A stretch of 32,000 nucleotides of DNA from Patescibacteria group bacterium (GTDB lineage Bacteria; Patescibacteriota; Patescibacteriia; 2-01-FULL-39-33), in the NCBI GenBank assembly GCA_041649575.1, contig JBAZMW010000002.1:90001-122000 (forward strand). The letters run 5' to 3'. Below the pieces are notes generated by a model that searched no databases, had not been told where the DNA came from, and saw only the letters and a list, made by a program, of their open reading frames with translations. The position numbers and the translations under genes were made by a program. Shown in pieces: positions 8,140 through 18,364 of this stretch. Within the stretch, counting starts at the first letter, position 1. Every line of letters begins with the position of its first letter.

Positions 8140-9693
8140 ATGGCGGGCTTTATATTTGATTTTTTACCTGAAAAGTGGTATTTTTTATCTATTATGAAAA
8201 GCAAAACTTCTCAAAGAATTGCTGAAGTATTTCCGGCTGCCCTAGTTTGGGCGACCTTTTTTTTGGCTTTTCTAATTTCTTTTATCCGGCCGCTGTGGGC
8301 CATTTATTTTATTCTCATTTTTGTCGTTTATTGGATTGTCCGCTTGTTTTATATGATGATTTGGCTGGTGATTTCCTGGCTTTGCTATCGTCGCGATATT
8401 AAAATCGATTGGCTTGGCAGGGTCAAACAGCTGCCCAAAAATTATTTGGACTATTATCATGTCATAACCTACCCCACCTATAAAGAGCCTTTTGAGGTCA
8501 TTGAGCGATCACTTGATAAATTATTAGAGACTGATTATCCCAAAGATAAATTTATTGTTTGCCTTGGCGGGGAAGACAGAGACCAGGATAATTTTTTGCA
8601 AATTGCCGAAAAAATAAAAAATAAATTTGCCGAAAAGTTTTTTAAATTATTAATCACCGTTCATCCCAGATCTCCCGACGAATTGCCCGGCAAGGGCTCT
8701 AACGTCCATTACATGGAGCAAAATTTAAAAAAGGTGATCGATGAGCTACAGATACCTTATGAGAGAGTCATAGTTTCTTGTTTTGATGTGGAAACCCTGC
8801 CTCATCCCCAATACTTCGCTTGCCTAACTTATAAATATCTCACTCACCCCAATCCCACTCATGCCAGCTATCAGCCGTTGATTCTTTATAATAATAATAT
8901 TTGGGAATCGAACCCGATCATTCGCGTCGTTGCTTCCGCCACCACTTTCTGGCTTCTGACCGACCTGTCTCGCCCCGAACGATTATTGACTTTTTCTTCC
9001 CACAGTATGAGCTTTAAAATGCTCGTTGATGTCGGTTTTCACGATAAGACGATTGTTACCGAGGACTCCCGCATTTGTCTGCAAGCCATGGTTCGTTATG
9101 ACGGTGATTATGAGGTGGTGCCGATGTTTGTCACTTTATCGATGGACACAGTGCAAATTGGTTCATTGAGAAAAAGTTTTATTAATCAGTACAAGCAAAT
9201 GAGGCGCTGGGCTTGGGGGGTGGAGCATTTTCCTTGGCTTTGGGCTAATTTTTTTGGCGCCAGTGCTAATCATAAAATTCCTCTCAAAAAACGTTGGCAA
9301 TATTTATGGAATCAGACCGAAGGAATGTATTCTTGGTCCACCGCGCCACTGCTGATATTTGTCGTTGGCCGGCTGCCGTTGTTAATGGCCTCCGACGCCG
9401 TTAAGGCCACCGCTTTTTTTCAGAAGGCCCCTTACACGCTGGAGCATTTGATGTTAATCGGCATGGTTGGTTTGATAGTCAACTCAATTATGTATACTTT
9501 GATGCTCCCGGCCCGGCCCAGAGGTTATGGTCTCTGGAATTATCTGATTATGATAGCGCAATGGGTTATTTTTCCCGCCACCATGATCATTTTTGGTTCT
9601 ATACCCGCTACCGAGGCCCAAACCAGGCTGATGCTGGGCGGCAAGTATCGTTTAGGTTTCTGGGTGACAGAAAAACAAGTTAAAAATCAATAA
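8140..9693 (+). CDS. Family 2 glycosyltransferase, membrane-integrated (cellulose-synthase-like topology)
   Basis: N-terminal TM pair, cytosolic GT2-like domain with FDVETLPHPQYF, TEDSRICLQ, QMRRWAWG, and C-terminal TM helices. Confidence 0.85.
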   Translation: MAGFIFDFLPEKWYFLSIMKSKTSQRIAEVFPAALVWATFFLAFLISFIRPLWAIYFILIFVVYWIVRLFYMMIWLVISWLCYRRDIKIDWLGRVKQLPKNYLDYYHVITYPTYKEPFEVIERSLDKLLETDYPKDKFIVCLGGEDRDQDNFLQIAEKIKNKFAEKFFKLLITVHPRSPDELPGKGSNVHYMEQNLKKVIDELQIPYERVIVSCFDVETLPHPQYFACLTYKYLTHPNPTHASYQPLILYNNNIWESNPIIRVVASATTFWLLTDLSRPERLLTFSSHSMSFKMLVDVGFHDKTIVTEDSRICLQAMVRYDGDYEVVPMFVTLSMDTVQIGSLRKSFINQYKQMRRWAWGVEHFPWLWANFFGASANHKIPLKKRWQYLWNQTEGMYSWSTAPLLIFVVGRLPLLMASDAVKATAFFQKAPYTLEHLMLIGMVGLIVNSIMYTLMLPARPRGYGLWNYLIMIAQWVIFPATMIIFGSIPATEAQTRLMLGGKYRLGFWVTEKQVKNQ

Positions 9694-9695
9694 TT

Positions 9696-10739
9696 TTGGT
9701 TATGAAATTTCCCAAGGTCACCATTCAGCTAGTCACCTGGAACAGTCTGCGTTATTTGCCAGAGTGCTTGAAGTCTATTTTTGATCAGTCTTACCGCGAT
9801 TTTCAAGTTTTGATTATTGACAATAACTCTCAAGATGCTACCATTGATTGGTTGAAGCTAAACTATCCTCAAGTAGCGATTTTTCAAAACAAAAAAAATG
9901 TCGGTTTTTCCAGGGCCAATAACCAGGGAATAAAGTTATTAAATTCGCCTTATGTGGTGCTTTGTAATCCCGATATAATTTTGAGTACTGACTGGCTAGG
10001 CAAAATAATGGCTAGCGTCGAGAGTGACAGCGACAAACAATATGGTGTTTTTGGCGGCAAGTTATTGAAGCTCAAAATCGTCAACTGGGAAATCAGTGAG
10101 CTGGAAAAAACCAAGATCATAGATTCTTGCGGTTTGCGAGTGCTAAAAAATCACCGGGTATTGGAACTGGGCGCTGGAGAGGCCGAGGAAGGCTGGAACA
10201 AGCAACAGGAAGTTTTTGGCTTTTCTGGGGCTTTGGCGCTTTATCGCCGGGAGGCGCTGGAAACTTGTCTGATAAAAACCAAAAGCAACCCGCAGGGCGA
10301 GTACTTCGATGAAGATTTTTTCTGCTACAAAGAAGATGTGGATTTGTCTTGGCGGTTGCAACTTCTCGGTTGGCGAGCCTGGCTTAATCCTCAGGCTGTG
10401 GCCTATCATTTGCGCTCGCTCGGCGGTTCAGAAAAAATTGGTTTTAGACAAATTTTTGGCAATCGCCGCCGACAATCAACTTTTTCTCGCTATTATTCTT
10501 ATCGCAATCATCTTTTAGTTTTATTGAAGAATGAATTTTTAATTAATCTTATCAAATACGGACCAAGAATTTTTTGGTACGAGTTTAAAAAGTTTTGTTA
10601 TCTCTTACTCTTTGAATGGAGCAGTTTGTCTGCAGCAGGGGAAGCGATCAGATTGTTACCGAAAATTTTTAGCAAGAGAAAATTAATTTTTAAAAAAACT
10701 AGGGTCGAAGCCGGTTATTTGCGAAAATGGTTTAATTAA
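9696..10739 (+). CDS. GT2 glycosyltransferase (rhamnosyltransferase-like)
   Basis: VTIQLVTWNSLRYLPECLKSI..., VLIIDNNSQDAT, NKKNVGFSRANNQGI, LCNPDI, FFCYKEDVDLSWRLQLLGW. Confidence 0.92.
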   Translation: MVMKFPKVTIQLVTWNSLRYLPECLKSIFDQSYRDFQVLIIDNNSQDATIDWLKLNYPQVAIFQNKKNVGFSRANNQGIKLLNSPYVVLCNPDIILSTDWLGKIMASVESDSDKQYGVFGGKLLKLKIVNWEISELEKTKIIDSCGLRVLKNHRVLELGAGEAEEGWNKQQEVFGFSGALALYRREALETCLIKTKSNPQGEYFDEDFFCYKEDVDLSWRLQLLGWRAWLNPQAVAYHLRSLGGSEKIGFRQIFGNRRRQSTFSRYYSYRNHLLVLLKNEFLINLIKYGPRIFWYEFKKFCYLLLFEWSSLSAAGEAIRLLPKIFSKRKLIFKKTRVEAGYLRKWFN

Positions 10740-10748
10740 AAACAAAAA

Positions 10749-11549
10749 ATGGAAATCTCCATAATCATCAATAATTACAAAACCAGCGGCCTGTTGAAAC
10801 AGTGCCTCAAAGGAATCTTTTTATATCCGCCAAGCGTGGCCTACGAGATAATAGTCGTCGATAATAATTCCCAAGACGGTAGCGTCGAGGTGGTAAAAAA
10901 CAACTTCCCTCAAGTCAAACTGATTGAGGCCGGTGGCAATTTGGGTCATCATAAGGGCAATAATTTGGGCATTAAGAACTCTAGTGGTAAATATTTACTG
11001 CTGCTTAATACGGATATAGCGTTTTTGGATAATTCCATAGACAAGATGTATCAATTTATGGAGGCACAGCCGCAGATTGGCCTGGTTGGTCCAAAATTAA
11101 AGAATCCCGATGGCTCAATCCAATTGTCTTGCCTGCGTTTTCCTGGCAAAATGGTGCCTATTTATCGCCGGACTTTTTTGGGCAAGTTGCCTTTTGCTCG
11201 CCGGAAGATCAATCGTTATTTGATGACCGATTTTAGCCATCAGGAAACCAGGCCAGTAAATTGGATTTTAGGCGCTTGCGTTATGGTCAGGCGTTCGGCG
11301 GTCGAGAAGGTAGGCTTAATGGATGAAGACCTTTTTTTGTATTTTGGCGATGTGGCTTGGTGCCAGAAATTGTGGCAAGCCGGCTACCAAGTTTATTATT
11401 TTATTGATGCCAATATCGTTCACTATCACAAGCGAGAATCAGCGCAAAGCGGAATTTGGTCTAAAATTTTTTGGATTCATATTTTTGATTGGTTTAAATA
11501 TTTAAAAAAATACTCTCAAATCAATGTGGCTGAAGAAAAAAACAGTTAA
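10749..11549 (+). CDS. GT2 glycosyltransferase
   Basis: ISIIINNYKTSGLLKQCL, IIVVDNNSQDGSV, NLGHHKGNNLGIKNSSGKYLLLLNTDI, GACVMVRRSAVEKVGLMDEDLFLYFGDVAWCQKL. Confidence 0.93.
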   Translation: MEISIIINNYKTSGLLKQCLKGIFLYPPSVAYEIIVVDNNSQDGSVEVVKNNFPQVKLIEAGGNLGHHKGNNLGIKNSSGKYLLLLNTDIAFLDNSIDKMYQFMEAQPQIGLVGPKLKNPDGSIQLSCLRFPGKMVPIYRRTFLGKLPFARRKINRYLMTDFSHQETRPVNWILGACVMVRRSAVEKVGLMDEDLFLYFGDVAWCQKLWQAGYQVYYFIDANIVHYHKRESAQSGIWSKIFWIHIFDWFKYLKKYSQINVAEEKNS

Positions 11550-13500
11550 ATACAAAATCGACGATTTTTTAATGGAGCATGGTCTCAAGAAAAAAAAATC
11601 CAAGACTTGGATTTGGCTGATTCTGGTCGGAGCAGCTGTGATTTTTTTGTTGGTCATTCTGGTGCCTCTGGCGACGAGTAGCCAGAAATTATTAAACGGT
11701 TTGAAAGCTGCCGAGCAAAAAGCTAACCTAGCTTTTGGTTATGCCAGTAGCGGCAACTGGAGTCAGACCGCCCGGACTTTGGAGGAATTAAATAAAGAAT
11801 TGTCAATTGTCAAGGCCAGTTCCCAGCAATTAGGCCTGATTTCTTATTTGCCTCCAATTAAAAAAATTAATTTATCTTTCGGTCAATTGGTTGATTCGGC
11901 CAATGATTTGACCTTTGCCTACGGTATGATTTTTTCTGTTTTAGATAAAATGGAACAGGAGTTAGACGTAGAAAAATTGGCGAGCGGTCTTAGTGATCGA
12001 GATAATTTTAAGGGATTGTTAAAATCAATAGCTGACAATCGCCAGGATTTGTTGTTGGCTGAAAAAAAGATTGATTCGGCTGGCCAAAAGTTATTGCAGA
12101 TTAATACTAATAATTTTTCCGGGCCGCTTAAAGACAAATTATTACAAGTTAATAAGTTGCTTCAGACCGGAGTTGACAATACCAAGACGGCTTTGCCTTT
12201 AATAACTAATCTGCCTGAAATTTTGGGCTACAACCAGGAAAAAACCTATCTTTTTGTTTTTCAAAACAATATGGAGCTCCGGCCAACTGGAGGGTTTATT
12301 GGTTCTTATGGATTAATTAAAATTAAGGACGGAAAGATAATAAACGTTTTTACCGACGACATTTATAATCTTGATAAGTTGTCGGAAGGTAAGTTGTTGG
12401 CTTTGGCGCCGGTGCCGATGCTAAAATACAACGCCCAAAAATATTGGTACCTGCGCGATGCCAATTGGTCGCCGGATTGGCCGACCTCGGCTCAAAAGAT
12501 AATTTGGTTTTTTGACCAGGAAAGGGCGGTTGCCAACCTACCGCCACTAAAACTCGATGGCGTGATTGCCATCAACCCCGATTTTATTAGTAATCTTTTG
12601 GCTGTCATCGGACCGATCACGGCTCAAGGTTTGACTTTTAAGTCTGACAATTTTGCCAGTGATTTGGAAAAATTCGTCGAATTCGATTATGTTCACAATC
12701 AAATAGCTAAGACGCAACGCAAGGATATTATTGGTGTTTTGACCGGCATAATAATAAACAAGGTTTATGATTTGCCGCCCGCCGAGCTATTGAAAATCTG
12801 GCTGGCTTTTAAGAAGAGTATTGATGAAAAAAATATTTTAGTTTTTCTGACCGATGGCAATTTACAGCAGGAATTCAGTCGAAACAATTGGTCCGGAGAA
12901 GTCAAGACGGCCGACGCCGATTATTTAATGGTAATTGATAGCAATTTTGCCGCCTTAAAAACCGACCAGGTAATGAAACGGTCCTTAAGCTATAATTTGA
13001 CCGTTGATGACAGGGGAGATTTATTCGGACACCTTGAGGTGACCTATCAGCATCAAGGTAAATATGTTAAAGATTTGATTACCAAATATCGCGATTACGT
13101 CCGGGTTTATGTGCCAGAAAATAGTTGGTTTAACAGGATAGCCGTTAAACACAACAACGAGATTAAGGATTTGAATCTAAAAGATGAAGTGGTTTTTAAC
13201 AAAGAGCTAGGCAAATCAACGGCCGCAACTTTTTTCACCGTTGAGCCGGGGGAGACCAAGACTTTGATTTTTGAATATAAACTGCCGGAGTCGGTCAAAA
13301 AACAGTACCAGTCGGGGCTGTACAAATTTAGTGTTCAGAAGCAGCCAGGGACGGTTGGACATAATCTTAAAATTTATCTAGACTTTAATCAACCGATTAT
13401 TGCCTATCACGCTGATGCTTTGCCGCATAAAATGGACAGCGAAACGGTTAGTTGGCAGACCGACCTGTCTTTGGATCGTAATTTCACCATTAAGTTTTGA
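11524..13500 (+). CDS. DUF4012-domain membrane protein
   Basis: Single N-terminal TM, then NLPEILGYNQEKTYLFVFQNNMELRPTGGFIGSYG, SPDWPTSAQKIIWFF, GVIAINPDFISNLL. Overlaps the end of the upstream GT2 gene. Confidence 0.87.
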   Translation: MWLKKKTVKYKIDDFLMEHGLKKKKSKTWIWLILVGAAVIFLLVILVPLATSSQKLLNGLKAAEQKANLAFGYASSGNWSQTARTLEELNKELSIVKASSQQLGLISYLPPIKKINLSFGQLVDSANDLTFAYGMIFSVLDKMEQELDVEKLASGLSDRDNFKGLLKSIADNRQDLLLAEKKIDSAGQKLLQINTNNFSGPLKDKLLQVNKLLQTGVDNTKTALPLITNLPEILGYNQEKTYLFVFQNNMELRPTGGFIGSYGLIKIKDGKIINVFTDDIYNLDKLSEGKLLALAPVPMLKYNAQKYWYLRDANWSPDWPTSAQKIIWFFDQERAVANLPPLKLDGVIAINPDFISNLLAVIGPITAQGLTFKSDNFASDLEKFVEFDYVHNQIAKTQRKDIIGVLTGIIINKVYDLPPAELLKIWLAFKKSIDEKNILVFLTDGNLQQEFSRNNWSGEVKTADADYLMVIDSNFAALKTDQVMKRSLSYNLTVDDRGDLFGHLEVTYQHQGKYVKDLITKYRDYVRVYVPENSWFNRIAVKHNNEIKDLNLKDEVVFNKELGKSTAATFFTVEPGETKTLIFEYKLPESVKKQYQSGLYKFSVQKQPGTVGHNLKIYLDFNQPIIAYHADALPHKMDSETVSWQTDLSLDRNFTIKF

Positions 13501-13514
13501 ATTAAAATATTTTT

Positions 13515-14522
13515 ATGTTTTTAAGAAGGATTGGCATCGATTTGGGCACCACCAATGTTTTAGTGCATGTGCCCAAAAAGGGAGTGGTTATTAATGAGCC
13601 TTCGGTAGTGGCTATTTCTACTATTGATAAAAAAATTATTGCGGTTGGGGTTGAGGCCAAAGAAATGTTAGGCCGGACTCCCGATACCATTATTGCTCAA
13701 AAACCCCTTAAAGACGGGGTTATCGCCGATTATAAAACTACCGAGGCCATGCTTAGATATTTTATTAATAAAGCCCTGGGTGGTGTGAGGTTGTTTCGGC
13801 CAGAAGTGATGGTGGCAGTGCCGGCCGGTATTACTTCCACCGAACGTCGCGCGGTTATTGACGCTACTATTGCCGCCGGCGCTAAAGCCGCTTACATTAT
13901 AAAAGAACCGATCGTCGCTGCCATTGGGGCCAATATTCCAATCGGCTCGGCCTCTGGCCACATGATTATCGATATCGGTGGCGGTACTTCCGAAATCGCC
14001 GTGATTTCTCTGGGCGGGATTGTTTCTTCCACCTCGGTTCGTGTTGGCGGCAACAAATTTGACGTTGCCATCGCCGAGCACGTACGTCGCAAGTATGGAT
14101 TGGCTATTGGTGAACGTACGGCCGAGGAAATTAAAATCGGCATCGGTTCGGCCCTGTATCTAGAAGAAAAGATGGCCATGGACATCAAGGGGCGGGATAT
14201 TATTACCGGTTTGCCAAAAACTATCACTGTTTCTTCAGATGATGTCACCGAGGCCATTCAAAACGAGCTGGACGGCATTATTTTGGCCGTTAAAAGTGTT
14301 TTGCATAATACGCCGCCAGAACTCTCCGCCGATGTTATTGACAAGGGAGTGGTGATGTCCGGCGGCTCTAGTTTGCTGCGCAACATTGATAAATTAATAA
14401 CCCAGGCTACCGGTGTTTCCGCCTACATTGCCGATGACGCTCTGTTTTGTGTGGCCAAAGGCACAGGTATCGCCCTGGACAATTTGGAGAGCTATAAAAG
14501 ATCGATTTTAGCCACAAAATAA
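13515..14522 (+). CDS. mreB: Rod-shape-determining protein MreB (copy 1)
   Basis: IGIDLGTTNVLVHV, GVVINEPSVVAI, GGGTSEIAVISLGGI, LTGLPKTI-type motif (ITGLPKTITVSSDDV), GVVMSGGSSLLRNIDKLI. Confidence 0.96.
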   Translation: MFLRRIGIDLGTTNVLVHVPKKGVVINEPSVVAISTIDKKIIAVGVEAKEMLGRTPDTIIAQKPLKDGVIADYKTTEAMLRYFINKALGGVRLFRPEVMVAVPAGITSTERRAVIDATIAAGAKAAYIIKEPIVAAIGANIPIGSASGHMIIDIGGGTSEIAVISLGGIVSSTSVRVGGNKFDVAIAEHVRRKYGLAIGERTAEEIKIGIGSALYLEEKMAMDIKGRDIITGLPKTITVSSDDVTEAIQNELDGIILAVKSVLHNTPPELSADVIDKGVVMSGGSSLLRNIDKLITQATGVSAYIADDALFCVAKGTGIALDNLESYKRSILATK

Positions 14523-14526
14523 ACTT

Positions 14527-15663
14527 ATGACCATCGCCATCGACGCCTCACGGGCCAACCGCGACCATAAGACTGGCACCGAATGGTACTCCTGGCACCT
14601 GATTCAAGAACTGAAAAAAATAATGCCTGAAAATATTCAGGTTCTTTTATATACTAACGAAAAATTAAAGGGGGAGTTAGGCAGTTGTCCCCAAAATTTT
14701 CAAGAAAAAATCATTTCTTGGCCACCCCGATATCTATGGACGCAGATCCGTTTGTGGTGGCAGTTATTGGTTTGTCCGCCGGAAATTTTATTTGTTCCCG
14801 CTCACACCATTCCTTTTTTGCCGTTGAGAAAAAAAATCAAGGTGGTGGTGACGGTTCATGATGTCGGCTTTAAGCGTTTTCCCGAGCTATATAAAAAGAT
14901 TCAAGTTTATTATCACGATTTGACCATGAAAAAAATAAAAAGCCGGGCCGATGTTATCATTACCGATTCCGATTTTTCCAAAAGAGAAATAACAAATTTT
15001 TATGGTATCGAGCCGGAAAAAATAAAAATCGTTTATCTGGGCTATGATCAAAGCAAATACAATTTACAGGCCGGAGCGCTTTTGAAAGACCAGGGAAAAG
15101 AAGTTTTAACCAAATATAAAATCGTCAGCCCTTACCTATTATATATTGGACGCCTGGAAAAGAAGAAAAATATTGGCAATATCATCAAGGCGTTTGCTCT
15201 GGCTAAATTGGAGCAAGAAGACTTAAAGCTGGTTTTGGTTGGTAATGCCGGCAACCAATATGAAGAAATAAAAAAAATAATTACCGATTTAAGATTGGAG
15301 CAAGAAATCATCATGCCTGGCTACTTGGCAGCGGAAGATTTGCCCTTGGTAATTGCCGGGGCAAAAATGTTTTTATTTCCCACGCTTTACGAAGGTTTTG
15401 GTTTGCCGATTTTAGAAGCCATGGCTTGTGGCACGCCGGTTATTACTTCTGATTTAGAACCGCATCGAGAGGTGGCTGGCGCGGCGGCGATTTTTGTCGA
15501 CCCTTCGAGCCCGGAGGATTTGGCCAACAAAATTTTAAAGGTTTTAGCCGATAGCAATCTGCGGTTGGAGTTGATCTCCGGCGGCTTAAAAAGGATAACA
15601 GAATTCTCCTGGAGAAAAACAGCTCAGCAAACGTTGGCCTGGCTCTTGCCCAAGACCCCCTAG
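14527..15663 (+). CDS. GT4 family glycosyltransferase
   Basis: LLYIGRLEKKKNIGNIIKAF, AGAKMFLFPTLYEGFGLPILEAMACGTPVITSDL, EVAGAAAIFVDPSSPEDLANKI. Confidence 0.95.
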   Translation: MTIAIDASRANRDHKTGTEWYSWHLIQELKKIMPENIQVLLYTNEKLKGELGSCPQNFQEKIISWPPRYLWTQIRLWWQLLVCPPEILFVPAHTIPFLPLRKKIKVVVTVHDVGFKRFPELYKKIQVYYHDLTMKKIKSRADVIITDSDFSKREITNFYGIEPEKIKIVYLGYDQSKYNLQAGALLKDQGKEVLTKYKIVSPYLLYIGRLEKKKNIGNIIKAFALAKLEQEDLKLVLVGNAGNQYEEIKKIITDLRLEQEIIMPGYLAAEDLPLVIAGAKMFLFPTLYEGFGLPILEAMACGTPVITSDLEPHREVAGAAAIFVDPSSPEDLANKILKVLADSNLRLELISGGLKRITEFSWRKTAQQTLAWLLPKTP

Positions 15664-15684
15664 TTGTGTTAAAATAAAAAATGT

Positions 15685-16713
15685 ATGGCGGAGAAAAACG
15701 ACAAAAAATTCGACTGGGATATCTGCGGTCATAAAAAAATAATTGAATTTTTACAATTATCTATTACCAACCGGAAAATCGCTCAAGCCTATTTATTTTC
15801 TGGTCCCGCCCAGCTTGGCAAATACTCGGTAGCTAAAAAATTCATTGCCTCAATTTTCTGTCAGGGCCAATCAAAAATTATTCCTTGCAATGATTGTTTG
15901 CATTGTCGACAGCTATTAAACAATATTCATCCCGATGTTTTTTTTATCAAACGTGAAACAGATGAGAAAACCGGCAAGCTCAGAAAGGATATCAGCGTCG
16001 ATCAGATTCGTAAGCTAAAGGGCAGCTTGCAACAGGCCAGCCTGCTGGATAGTTATAAGGTCGCGATCATACCAGAAGCCCAATACATCAACGGCAACTC
16101 CGCCAACGCTTTACTGAAAGCCCTGGAGGAGCCAACCGCCAAGACAGTCATCATTTTAATTACCAATGATATTAATAAAATACCGCCGACCATCGTTTCC
16201 CGTTGCCAAAGATTGAAATTTTTACCAGTGGCCAGCGAACAAATCAGAGATTATTTAAAAATTAAGAACATCAAAGAACCTGATAAATTAGCTCGGTTGG
16301 CGGCCAATCGTCCGGGCTTGGCGCTAACTTTTTGGGAGTCAGAAGAGTTGAGAGAGAATCATTCGTTTAATGTCGGTAAGTTTTTAGAAATCATTGATGC
16401 TTCTACCGACCGTCGCTTCGCTTTGGCTGAAGAGCTGACTGGTTGGACCAGCGACGAAACGCTAAACGCCAATCAGGTTAATAAGCTGGTGGCCGATTGG
16501 CAGCTGGTTGTTCGGGATTTTTTGCTCCTTAACTGTGACAAGGAATCGCTGGTTTCCAACCTCGACTTTTTAGCCAGCTTCAAAAAGTATTTAGCCGCCT
16601 TTCCTAGTAAAAAAATTGGCCAGCTTTTAAAGTCACTGGCGCAGGTCAAATTTCAACTTAATCAGAACGTTAACTCGAAATTAGTTTTAGAAAATCTAAT
16701 TATAAATCTATGA
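15685..16713 (+). CDS. holB: DNA polymerase III subunit delta' (clamp-loader ATPase)
   Basis: AYLFSGPAQLGKYSVAKKF, CNDCLHCRQLLNNIHPDVFFI, ISVDQIRKL, NGNSANALLKALEEPTAKTVIILITNDINKIPPTIVSRCQRLKF. Confidence 0.92.
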   Translation: MAEKNDKKFDWDICGHKKIIEFLQLSITNRKIAQAYLFSGPAQLGKYSVAKKFIASIFCQGQSKIIPCNDCLHCRQLLNNIHPDVFFIKRETDEKTGKLRKDISVDQIRKLKGSLQQASLLDSYKVAIIPEAQYINGNSANALLKALEEPTAKTVIILITNDINKIPPTIVSRCQRLKFLPVASEQIRDYLKIKNIKEPDKLARLAANRPGLALTFWESEELRENHSFNVGKFLEIIDASTDRRFALAEELTGWTSDETLNANQVNKLVADWQLVVRDFLLLNCDKESLVSNLDFLASFKKYLAAFPSKKIGQLLKSLAQVKFQLNQNVNSKLVLENLIINL

Positions 16714-17789
16714 GGCAAATAAAAAAAGTTTTTTTTCTGGCAATTTTGACTCTGGTGGTGGTGGCGACCAGCGGTTGCACCATTAGCTTGGGTTCCTCAA
16801 AAAGCAAAGGCGCCGATGGTGGTGTTTGGAAATCGCTCGACGGCGGCAAAAAATGGGTCCAAAGCGTTTCCGTTCCCACCATTACCGGCAAGCCAGCCAG
16901 TATCGCCAACGTGGATGTCAGAAGAATGATTTTTGACCCTCAAGACTCTAATACTATTTATCTGGCCACTGAGGCCAATGGCGTCATCTACACCTACGAC
17001 GGTGGCAATAACTGGCGGCAGTTTAAGGATTTCCGCAGTGGACAAATCAGATCGATAGCGGTTGATACAAAATATAAATGCACTCTTTATCTACTGACGG
17101 AAAATAAGCTTTATAAATCCAATGATTGCGGACGTTTTTGGAAAAACATTTATTTTCACCAAAATCAGCAGGTGACTTTAAATGATATTTCAGTCAGCTT
17201 TGATGACAATAATGTTTTATACCTGGCCACCAGCGCCGGCGAGGTGATCAAAAGTGCTGACGGCGGTCAGACCTGGGCTACGGTTTTTCGGCCAGAAAAG
17301 GGCACGGCGGTTTTTGTAGATCTCTTAATAGATCCAGGTGACAGCAATAAAATATATGCGGCTTCCACCAAGAAAGGAATTTTCAAAACCAGTGACGGGG
17401 GTTCAAATTGGGAATCCTTGGGCGAGGGGCTGAAATCTTACACCGGTAGTCACGATTATAAAGCCTTGATTAGTGACCCAGTCACTCCGGAGAGCCTGAT
17501 TCTAATTTCCAAGTATGGCATGCTGCGGAGCCGCGATGGTGGCCAGAGCTGGGAAATAATAAACTTACTGCCCTCATCAAAAGCCACCACTATTTATTCC
17601 GTGGCGGTTAATCCAAAAAACAGCAATGAGATTTACTATAGCACCCGCACCTCCCTGGTTAAATCAATAGATGGCGGTCAGACTTGGTCGTCGCAAAAAC
17701 TGCCTTTTTCTCGCGTTGCCAATCAAATTATTATTGATTGGGAAAATCCGCAAGTGGTTTATCTGGGCGCTTTATTAGTCAAAGATTAA
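16710..17789 (+). CDS. Lipoprotein with YCF48/BNR-type beta-propeller repeats
   Basis: Lipobox-like ATSGC, and repeated DGGKKWVQS, DGGNNWRQF, DGGQTWATV, DGGSNWESL, DGGQSWEII, DGGQTWSSQ. ATGA overlap with holB. Confidence 0.88.
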   Translation: MRQIKKVFFLAILTLVVVATSGCTISLGSSKSKGADGGVWKSLDGGKKWVQSVSVPTITGKPASIANVDVRRMIFDPQDSNTIYLATEANGVIYTYDGGNNWRQFKDFRSGQIRSIAVDTKYKCTLYLLTENKLYKSNDCGRFWKNIYFHQNQQVTLNDISVSFDDNNVLYLATSAGEVIKSADGGQTWATVFRPEKGTAVFVDLLIDPGDSNKIYAASTKKGIFKTSDGGSNWESLGEGLKSYTGSHDYKALISDPVTPESLILISKYGMLRSRDGGQSWEIINLLPSSKATTIYSVAVNPKNSNEIYYSTRTSLVKSIDGGQTWSSQKLPFSRVANQIIIDWENPQVVYLGALLVKD

Positions 17790-17807
17790 TAATAACAATA
17801 AAATTAT

Positions 17808-18359
17808 ATGAACCTCATTGATAATTATTCTCAGGATTTTATCAAAGCTGTTGAGCATTTTAGGCAAGACATCGCCACTCTAAAAACCGGCCGGGCTAAT
17901 CCGGCCCTTTTGGACGCAGTGACTATCGAGGCTTACGGTGCCAAAACGCCGCTTAATCAATTAGCCTCCGTCTCCGTGCCCGAAGCGCGGGTGATTATAG
18001 TTCAGCCCTGGGACAAGAATCTTATAAAAGACGTGGAAAAGGGGATAATCGACGCCAATTTAGGCCTGGCGCCAGTCAACGAGGGAGAAAGAATTAGAAT
18101 TTTTTTGCCCCAAATGACCGAAGAAATGCGGAAAGAAATCGTCAAGCATTTGCACCAAAAAGCGGAACAAGCGCGCGTGGCTATTCGTACCTTGCGTGAC
18201 CAGGTCAAAGAAGCTGTTTTGACTGCCGAAAAAAACAAAGAGTTTGGCGAAGATGAAAAATATAATTTATTAGAACAGTTGGACAAAAAAGTCGGAGACT
18301 ATAACAACAAACTCAAAGCGATCAGTGAAGAAAAAGAAAAAGAAATAATGACTATTTAA
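17808..18359 (+). CDS. frr: Ribosome recycling factor
   Basis: TGRANPALLDAVTIEAYGAKTPLNQLASVSVPEARVIIVQPWD, NEGERIRIFLPQMTEEMRKEIVK. Confidence 0.97.
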   Translation: MNLIDNYSQDFIKAVEHFRQDIATLKTGRANPALLDAVTIEAYGAKTPLNQLASVSVPEARVIIVQPWDKNLIKDVEKGIIDANLGLAPVNEGERIRIFLPQMTEEMRKEIVKHLHQKAEQARVAIRTLRDQVKEAVLTAEKNKEFGEDEKYNLLEQLDKKVGDYNNKLKAISEEKEKEIMTI

Positions 18360-18364
18360 ATTGT

